Positions 57,488 through 64,000 of a stretch of DNA of 64,000 nucleotides are shown in pieces. The notes beneath the pieces are model-generated. The model did no database searches, had not been told where the DNA came from, and saw nothing but the letters and a program-made list of their open reading frames with translations. A program made the translations under genes and the position numbers. Source of the stretch: a virus; IMG/VR virus record IMGVR_UViG_3300030380_005901, positions 32,001-96,000 of that record; one strand, 5' to 3'. Position 1 is the first letter of the stretch, and the number at the start of each line of letters is the position of its first letter.

Positions 57488-57784
57488 TTAGATAAACTTT
57501 TTTATAGATTCTGTTATTAAATTTTTAGGTGGTAAACCACTTTGTCTCCAAACTATTTTACCTTCTTTAAATAGTAATAGTGTAGGTACACTCCTAATAC
57601 CATATTTTGTTGCCGCATCATGATTCTTATCTATATCCACTTTTATAATTTTAGTTTCGTCACCCATTTCTGATGCAACTTGTTCTAATAATGGTGACAT
57701 CATTTTACAGGGTCCACACCAAGTAGCATAAAAATCTACTAGTGTAGGTTTTTCGGATTTTATCAATTCATCAAATTTTCCCAT
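57488..57784 (-). CDS. trxA: Thioredoxin
   Basis: VDFYATWCGPCK, SVPT. Confidence 0.95.
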   Translation of the reverse strand: MGKFDELIKSEKPTLVDFYATWCGPCKMMSPLLEQVASEMGDETKIIKVDIDKNHDAATKYGIRSVPTLLLFKEGKIVWRQSGLPPKNLITESIKKFI

Positions 57785-57819
57785 AATATTTTTATTATTA
57801 AATATACTAAAGTTTTAAC

Positions 57820-57855
57820 AAAAAAAAAGAGGATACTAATTAAAATATCCTCTTT
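57820..57855 (-). terminator. Intrinsic terminator closing the DUF2828-ncRNA unit
   Basis: AAAGAGGATA-N10-TATCCTC-T9. Confidence 0.75.
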
Positions 57856-57863
57856 CAATAATG

Positions 57864-58126
57864 TGGTGTCGGAATGATGATTCAGATTTCATTAACGAAG
57901 GGTCTGTCCCTACGGTAGATTTGGTAACTCAGCCCCACTGAGTGTCTTTGTTTTACTTGAGACAAAATCAAGAGGTATGTTTTACAACCTAAAGTGTGAG
58001 ACTATCTCACGTTTAAACTTACCTATGGTTGATCCCTTTATAAATTTTGGGTAAAAGGGATAATAAAACCTCTGTTCTACTTTCTAGTTTTAAGTTAGAG
58101 TTTGCAGAAACCATTCGTTTTACACC
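57864..58126 (-). ncRNA. Putative Y-RNA-like ncRNA 2 (~263 nt, multi-hairpin)
   Basis: 5' GGTGTaaaacGAATGGtttctgcaaa pairs with 3' TCATTCcgACACC; internal hairpins ACTCAG/CTGAGT, GTGAGA/TCTCAC, ATCCCTTT/AAAGGGAT, AGGG/CCCT. Confidence 0.7.
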
Positions 58127-58138
58127 AATATAAAAAAC

Positions 58139-58261
58139 GGTAGCGGAATTGTATGTGTTTGTTTTTTTCTCCCCCCCATTACTGAAAGGTGGTGGGTCAA
58201 ACTCCCACTTTCTCGATCTTGGTTTTAGTTTTTTAATTTGCCGAAACCATTCCTCTATACC
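58139..58261 (-). ncRNA. Putative Y-RNA-like ncRNA 1 (~123 nt)
   Basis: 5' GGTAtagaGGAATggtttcggcaaa pairs with 3' ATTCCgcTACC; internal GAAAG-TGGG...CCCA..CTTTC hairpin. Confidence 0.7.
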
Positions 58262-58267
58262 ATTTTT

Positions 58268-58280
58268 ATGTCAAAGAACT
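58268..58280 (-). promoter_or_regulatory. BoxA-like element
   Basis: AGTTCTTTGACAT overlapping the DUF2828 stop, 6 nt before ncRNA 1; resembles rRNA/tRNA operon boxA. Confidence 0.55.
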
Positions 58281-59730
58281 ATACCGTTATATTCTCATAT
58301 CTAGTACTATCAACAGTTTTCATCATTACTGAGTAAGGAGTTAAATTCTCCCCATTCAATACTGACTTTAGTATTGATGGACTAAATCCTGAGATTAAAG
58401 CGGTGTTCATCTCATCCTGTTTAACAGGAAAATTATCATTACCTCTGGAATGAAGATTCCAAAATACTATTGTTGGTATTTCATAACCAGCTTCTTCATA
58501 TTTTGTTTTAATCATCTCCATTGCAGTAGGATTCCAATCAGAAGATTCTTCCCAACGATTTCCTGTCGCTGCATCGAATTCCATATCTGATAATATTAAT
58601 ATTTTTGTCGGCATTTCCCCTAAAGGAATGTTATGAGTTACTGCCTGATTCAACAATAAATCAAATGTTGCCGTTAGATTTGTACTCATTCCCCAATGTG
58701 CACTTCTTAACTGTTGTAATTTACCTTTTAGTGAATCACCAGTTAAGTACTGTAAACTCGGTGTTGAAGAAAAAGTTAAAAAACTATCTTTAAATGCTCC
58801 TTCATTCCTTTCTGAAATATAGATACCTAATGATATTGCTACATCCATACAAGTAAGTGAATCATTACTACCTGCGGAACAACTCATTGAACCTGAAACA
58901 TCAACCATTGGTAAAACTCTATCCTCATTACCTTCCATAAAGTTAGGTAAGTTATCCCATTGATTTTGAGAAACTGTTTCATCAACACCAGTATACAAAG
59001 TCTTTAAAATATCGTAAGGGTATAGTGCTCCACTATTAACTGTAGTTTTACCTTCTTTAAGGTCTTCTACAAATTGGTTATATCCCTTTTCATCTCTTCT
59101 CCAAAACGCTTTTTGGTATCTTGCCGATGCCAATGAAGGTATTTTAGAGTAGTCAATTTCTTTCCATCGATTTGAACACATCTTAGTTTCTACTACATCT
59201 GTCAAACCTACTAATCTTTTTCTTAATTCTTTTGGGGAAACTTTTAAAGCTCTTCTAACTTTGTTAAATACTTCACCTTTACGAGGCATCCACTTAGCAC
59301 ATAAACCGTCTTCGTTACCTAAGGCAGTTACGATTAAGTCTATAACCATACCTTCTAACTCACTACCAATTAATGTAAATACATCATCCCATCTTCCGTA
59401 TTCAGAAATAAGATGAACATTCTTTTTAACAACATCTGGTGAAAGTTTTACTAAGTGAGAAATAACATCTCTAAAGATTTGTCTCTCACCGGCACCTTCT
59501 CTAACATCTCTTACCCAAAAAAGGATACGAGTTGCAACTAATGGGTTTTCACTATATGCTTTGGAAAATTTTTCAATTAAGGTAACTTTATTTTTCCCTC
59601 TCATAGCCCCAATAGAGAAAAATAAATCTACACAGTTATTTAGTGTAGTATTATTTGTAGACATACCGTTTTCGGTTAATTGCGTTTTTTCTTCCTCCAT
59701 TTCTCTGTATTTAGTCATTGAATTAGCCAT
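58279..59730 (-). CDS. DUF2828 Ro60/TROVE-like protein with C-terminal vWA domain
   Basis: RDVREGAGER, EYGRWDD, AKWMPR, IDYSKIPS.A, VDVSGSM (MIDAS), STN, LSDMEFD, VFWNL, SGFSP. Confidence 0.85.
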   Translation of the reverse strand: MANSMTKYREMEEEKTQLTENGMSTNNTTLNNCVDLFFSIGAMRGKNKVTLIEKFSKAYSENPLVATRILFWVRDVREGAGERQIFRDVISHLVKLSPDVVKKNVHLISEYGRWDDVFTLIGSELEGMVIDLIVTALGNEDGLCAKWMPRKGEVFNKVRRALKVSPKELRKRLVGLTDVVETKMCSNRWKEIDYSKIPSLASARYQKAFWRRDEKGYNQFVEDLKEGKTTVNSGALYPYDILKTLYTGVDETVSQNQWDNLPNFMEGNEDRVLPMVDVSGSMSCSAGSNDSLTCMDVAISLGIYISERNEGAFKDSFLTFSSTPSLQYLTGDSLKGKLQQLRSAHWGMSTNLTATFDLLLNQAVTHNIPLGEMPTKILILSDMEFDAATGNRWEESSDWNPTAMEMIKTKYEEAGYEIPTIVFWNLHSRGNDNFPVKQDEMNTALISGFSPSILKSVLNGENLTPYSVMMKTVDSTRYENITV

Positions 59731-59770
59731 AATTTTGGTTGTTTTTATATTGTTCTTTAAAAGTGTGATA

Positions 59771-59802
59771 CAAATATAGGGCAAATATATTTAAAAGTCA
59801 AA
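59771..59802 (-). promoter_or_regulatory. Bacteroidota sigma-A promoter
   Basis: TTTG-N20-TATATTTG. Confidence 0.75.
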
Positions 59803-59820
59803 TTTTTTTTTTAATTTTTT

Positions 59821-60519
59821 TTAAAAAGTTAATTTATAACCCACCCCTCTTACAGATTTAAAGAAGGTATTAGGGGTTTTGTCCTTCTCAAATATTTTTC
59901 TTAAAGACAGTATAACATTATCTATTGTTCTAGTTTTTATGTAAACATCATACCCCCATATCTTTTCTAAAATTTCTTCTCTAGACACAACTTCATTATT
60001 TTTACTAATTAAAAGTTTTAATAATTTAACTTGTCTTTGGGTTAATCTAAATTCATCACCCACCTCATTACTGACAATAAATGATTTAAAGTCAATACTA
60101 TGATCACCAATTTCTATTTTATCAGTAGTCATATTACTAACGTTTTTACCAAATAATTTAATATAATTTATGGTTTTATATTTTATTTCTTCATAAGACA
60201 AAGGTTTTACTAAGTAATCATTTACACCATTCCGTAATAATTGTAACATTTTGTTTTCATGATCGTGAAAACTAATATATATAATAGGTGTTTTACTATC
60301 CTCTAATCTTATGGTTTGAACTAAGTCTAACCCTTCGATATCCACTAATTTTTCATCTAAAATTACAACATCAAACCTAGATTCTCTTATTTTTGTAAGT
60401 CCCTCTTTTCCATGTATTACGGCAACACACTCAAAATTTTGGGTGTCGAATTGTTCAGTAATTGATGAATGGATTTCTTTATCTACACCAATTATTAATA
60501 TTCTATTTTTTTCCTCCAT
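59821..60519 (-). CDS. OmpR/PhoB-family response regulator with atypical receiver
   Basis: VILD, DYLVKP; wHTH LT....LL, SREEIL..IWGY, RTIDN.I..LRK, SVRGVGY. Confidence 0.9.
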   Translation of the reverse strand: MEEKNRILIIGVDKEIHSSITEQFDTQNFECVAVIHGKEGLTKIRESRFDVVILDEKLVDIEGLDLVQTIRLEDSKTPIIYISFHDHENKMLQLLRNGVNDYLVKPLSYEEIKYKTINYIKLFGKNVSNMTTDKIEIGDHSIDFKSFIVSNEVGDEFRLTQRQVKLLKLLISKNNEVVSREEILEKIWGYDVYIKTRTIDNVILSLRKIFEKDKTPNTFFKSVRGVGYKLTF

Positions 60520-60521
60520 AA

Positions 60522-61160
60522 TTAATTATCAAACCAAAATACTATTCTTATATCATCTGGATTACCAAATTTCTGTAAATCAGGTACTAGAGTTTTAAAG
60601 AAATACGCATCTATACCCATATCATATAACTCTTTGGTACTCATTTTATAATACTTACTACTCATTAATTCTCTCAATGTTAAGTAATTATGTGAATGAG
60701 CGTCCATTCCCCAGTCATCTGATATACCTTTTATTTCATCACTCACATCATCAGGTAAGAAATCCCCTCTATCAGGTACTATCATATCTATTGATGTGTC
60801 TCTTACACCTGCCAATGCACCAAACAGTCTATAACACCTACCACCATAGGGTTGATCACTATAAGGATATGGAAATAATCCTTTTTGATCTGCCTCATAC
60901 CAATGTAGATGTTCATCTGCCATATTTTTTGGGATATAATTACCAATAATGTACTCTTCTAATTTATTAGAGGGTTCTTCACCATCTCTCCATTTTTGTA
61001 AAATAGTCCATCCTTCATCCTCAGTTATACCCATATTAGTCACTAAATGTCTTACTATAAGACTTGCACCATAAGATTGGAAAAATACATCTCCCATCTT
61101 ATCCCAATTATGTGTAACTGGATTTTTCTTTTCCACATACATATGTATATCACATCCCAT
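60522..61160 (-). CDS. Conserved phage hypothetical protein
   Basis: MGCDIH.YVE, R.Y.LF..LAGVR, D.HSH..LT..EL, RIVFWFDN. Confidence 0.7.
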   Translation of the reverse strand: MGCDIHMYVEKKNPVTHNWDKMGDVFFQSYGASLIVRHLVTNMGITEDEGWTILQKWRDGEEPSNKLEEYIIGNYIPKNMADEHLHWYEADQKGLFPYPYSDQPYGGRCYRLFGALAGVRDTSIDMIVPDRGDFLPDDVSDEIKGISDDWGMDAHSHNYLTLRELMSSKYYKMSTKELYDMGIDAYFFKTLVPDLQKFGNPDDIRIVFWFDN

Positions 61161-61202
61161 ACTTATAAATATTTAATTTTTTGTAAATATAGTAATTTAT
61201 AA

Positions 61203-63614
61203 TTAAAATTCAAAATTACCTGTGTCGAAAAAGTTGGTTATTGATTCTTCTATAGTATTAGGTTCATCAAGATTACAATTACCGATTACCCATTTATGTC
61301 CTTCTACTCCTTCATTAATTATAAACTTAACCGATAAACGTTTTTCGTCTTCTTCTAGTCCTTCTTCTATATTAGCTTTAATTTGTGCTCTCTCACTATC
61401 TGTTGACCATTCTAGTCTATAAGTACCTTTGGGGTAAAACATATAATCTTTAAGGAATATCCCACTCGTACTATCAAATTCACTAATTATACCACCATCA
61501 TCATCATTTAATCTATTCACTAATCCCTCAATTATTTTATTATACTTATTATATTTTTCGGGTATGAGATAGTTAGTTCTGTCGGGCTCATTTTTATAAA
61601 GAGAAAGAAATTCAGATAAAATATGCCCACTTTCTCTCACTTTTAAACCATCGTTAATCCTCTTTACCTCTATAGTAGAACCACTATCAATTATAACACC
61701 ATCATCTAATAAAACATCTATGTTTGCGGTAATATCATGTTTTTGAATACTCCTATCCTCCCCTCTTATAATTGCGCCATATAATGTATCCACACAATCC
61801 TCCCAATCGCTATCGGAATCAATTAACTCTTTTAATAATGTATTGTTAGGTAATAATCTAGATTTATTACCAATACTACTACCACAATCTCTAAAATAAT
61901 GTCTTAACATTTCATCGTCATCATTCCGACATTCACAAAAACTTAATTCATACTTAATGTGTTGGAATGTTTTAGTATTAACGTTATCTAATGTATCTTG
62001 AATATCCTCAACATCCATTGCATTATCCACCTTACCCATTATAGCCCTTAACGCTTTTTTAGATTTATTATTTTTAGTGGTTTGTGTTATGTCTCTTTCA
62101 TAGGTTTTTTTCAAAGTATTATTAATTTTAGTTAATATAGTATTAATTCCATCTAAACTATAATCTTTAATCTCTATCGCTTTATCAAAAACTTTTTTTA
62201 ATCCACCAAATAAACCTTTTACAGTTCTTTCGTCAGTTTTTTTTCGAATATCTAAGTATTCTTGTATGGCATCATATTTATTCGACCCACCCCCTATGTA
62301 TCTCCGAATTATAGATTCGAATTTTTTATATTTTTCTATATCCTTAACTATTTCTTTCTTTTTTTCTAATGCGTTTTTATATGGTAGGTATTTAAATAAA
62401 CTTTTTAGTGGTTTATTTGATCTTTTAGTTTTTATGACCTCAATAAATTCATTTATATCTTTTAATTTTTTTTCTAATTCATTAATTATGGTTATATTTT
62501 TACTTGTCGAATCTTTCCCAACAACGAAGGCATCTGCCATATCTTTTAAATCCCTTTCTATATCTTTATCACTTCGTTTATGTTCTATTTTATATACCCC
62601 AAAATTTACTAAATTATTGAATAACTCTAAAGAAGTGAGTTTATTTAATTTTTGTTTATTGTTAATATCTCTACCGTATTGAAATGATAATATATTTTTT
62701 AATTCATCACTGACACCACTAACATCCAATTTATTTGTTTCGTCTTGTGTTATCAACCCCAATATTATATCCCAAACTCTTCTGTTCACTATTCCAGTCT
62801 CTTCCATTTTATGATCTGCTTGTAACAGTTGTACATAAAATTCAGTGAATCCTGAAAATACTCCTTCTTCTTTTTCTCTTTCTAACCCTATTTTATAACC
62901 TTCGCCTTGATCATATTTATCCAACAAGAGGTTCTGTAATATTTTTAAATTTTGTTTTTCTGAATCTCTATCTATGGGTGTATCTATACTTAATAATGGT
63001 AAATCACTATTATTATCTTGTTCTATTTGGTTTTTCCTATTTTTTTCTTTGGTAACAGGAGTTTCATGGGGTTTTAATTCTACATCAAGTTCTTCAATTT
63101 TATCACCTAATATTTTAATAATATCTTCAGGTACAAATTGTGCTACGTAATTATCAGCACCTAAGTCTTTAACGGATGATAATAGGGTTTGTAATTGGAT
63201 TTGTAATGTGTTTGAGTTTTTGGGGACATCTCTCCACGTCTTGTCTTTTTTTTCTATAAATTTATTATGTATACGTTTTAATTCCTCAAATTTATTACTA
63301 AGAAATAATACGTCCTCTATAAAATTATCTTCTAAATTATTTACACCTAAAAACTCCGATAATTGTTGTTTATTATTAACTAACACTTCCCATCTTTCCT
63401 TAAATTTATCATATATTTCGTCTATGTTTGTGAATTCATTATGTGATCTTAACTGACGAATAATAAAATCATAATCCGATTTTATTTGTTTGTACTCTTT
63501 TTCTATTTCGGGGTGTAACTTTTTAGGGTTATTATAACTACCATACTCATTCAATACCAATTTACCGGTATCAAAGAATTCTTCTACTATAATGTCTAAT
63601 GATTTTTTATCCAT
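61203..63614 (-). CDS. Large protein with peptidoglycan-binding-like domain, probably virion-associated
   Basis: LQ.LL...G.F...T...V..LQ..H....TGIV...W; FFDTG motif at both ends. Confidence 0.6.
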   Translation of the reverse strand: MDKKSLDIIVEEFFDTGKLVLNEYGSYNNPKKLHPEIEKEYKQIKSDYDFIIRQLRSHNEFTNIDEIYDKFKERWEVLVNNKQQLSEFLGVNNLEDNFIEDVLFLSNKFEELKRIHNKFIEKKDKTWRDVPKNSNTLQIQLQTLLSSVKDLGADNYVAQFVPEDIIKILGDKIEELDVELKPHETPVTKEKNRKNQIEQDNNSDLPLLSIDTPIDRDSEKQNLKILQNLLLDKYDQGEGYKIGLEREKEEGVFSGFTEFYVQLLQADHKMEETGIVNRRVWDIILGLITQDETNKLDVSGVSDELKNILSFQYGRDINNKQKLNKLTSLELFNNLVNFGVYKIEHKRSDKDIERDLKDMADAFVVGKDSTSKNITIINELEKKLKDINEFIEVIKTKRSNKPLKSLFKYLPYKNALEKKKEIVKDIEKYKKFESIIRRYIGGGSNKYDAIQEYLDIRKKTDERTVKGLFGGLKKVFDKAIEIKDYSLDGINTILTKINNTLKKTYERDITQTTKNNKSKKALRAIMGKVDNAMDVEDIQDTLDNVNTKTFQHIKYELSFCECRNDDDEMLRHYFRDCGSSIGNKSRLLPNNTLLKELIDSDSDWEDCVDTLYGAIIRGEDRSIQKHDITANIDVLLDDGVIIDSGSTIEVKRINDGLKVRESGHILSEFLSLYKNEPDRTNYLIPEKYNKYNKIIEGLVNRLNDDDGGIISEFDSTSGIFLKDYMFYPKGTYRLEWSTDSERAQIKANIEEGLEEDEKRLSVKFIINEGVEGHKWVIGNCNLDEPNTIEESITNFFDTGNFEF

Positions 63615-63632
63615 ATATTAATAAATATCCCT

Positions 63633-63998
63633 TTAATTGGAATACTTATTAATAAGATAATCTAAATTATCTTGTAGGATATCTTTGGCGATGAACTCAC
63701 CTTCTTTCATAGATTCTCTGTCGTATAACATTATACCATTCTTATCTGATGTTTCACCAGCAAATAAATCGATATATCTATAATTAGGATAGTCCATTGC
63801 CATTTTAGCTGCGTTAGACTTACTTTTAACTTGTATTAAATAAACCTTACCTTCTAACTCCATAATCATATCAATACCATACTTCATATCAATAAAGTTA
63901 CCATTATTACCGTGATACAGTAATTTAAAACCTTGTTTTTCCAATAACTTAATTGTTAAATCTTCTATTTCATCTCCAATGATAGTATTCTTTCGAGT
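63633..63998 (-). CDS. PD-(D/E)xK restriction-endonuclease-like protein, 3' part (open to window end)
   Basis: GDEIE.....LEKQGF, GIDMI....YLIQVKS; frame stays open upstream of 63944. Confidence 0.55.
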   Translation of the reverse strand, partial: TRKNTIIGDEIEDLTIKLLEKQGFKLLYHGNNGNFIDMKYGIDMIMELEGKVYLIQVKSKSNAAKMAMDYPNYRYIDLFAGETSDKNGIMLYDRESMKEGEFIAKDILQDNLDYLINKYSN

Positions 63999-64000
63999 AT

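Noticed and set aside
57864-57866. tRNA-like CCA tail on ncRNA 2
   Set aside because: The CC pairs within the terminal stem and there is no T-loop.
781-63456. Many opposite-strand ORFs in the track (e.g. 3621, 9556, 23039, 40851, 46999, 62266)
   Set aside because: Antisense shadows of well-supported genes, with no motifs of their own.
1-64000. Stop-codon recoding as in some large phages
   Set aside because: Conserved genes are full length in code 11, and TAG and TGA end genes at natural boundaries.
1-64000. Eukaryotic giant virus or bacterial chromosome origin (SET, DOT1-like, MGC peptide, housekeeping genes)
   Set aside because: Bacteroidota promoters, intrinsic terminators, overlapping operons, tmRNA and scattered single housekeeping genes among phage-type hypotheticals fit a large phage.

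Overview
A very AT-rich, gene-dense, mostly minus-strand segment of a large (jumbo/huge) tailed phage using the standard genetic code. The host is most likely Bacteroidota: several exact TTTG-N19/20-TAnnTTTG promoters, a Flavobacteria-type bS21, a Bacteroidota-type tmRNA tag (A)GNAEYAMAA and a T9SS-type secreted protein point that way. No capsid, terminase or polymerase gene is recognisable. The window holds accessory genes for translation and RNA upkeep (rpsU, tmRNA, CCA-adding enzyme, YqeY, HAD and 2H RNA end-healing domains, a Ro60/TROVE-like DUF2828 protein), proteostasis (DnaJ, ClpP, two SlyD-like PPIases, thioredoxin), metabolism (GuaB-like, RmlC, ferritin, GH16), two DNA methyltransferases, and many putative head-packaged proteins with I/L-x-E leaders. 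Best candidates for undescribed systems: (1) two structured ncRNAs with a shared terminal motif directly behind the Ro60-like gene; (2) a ~235-nt pseudo-symmetric ncRNA behind the CCA-adding enzyme; (3) PhoB/OmpR-type 11-bp direct repeats at near-fixed distances from a phage TA(T/C)TTAT promoter motif, with a phage-encoded atypical OmpR regulator; (4) a shared-N-domain, variable-cargo protein family, including RNA-repair enzymes that may be virion-delivered. All family calls come from motif recognition by eye; no searches were run.
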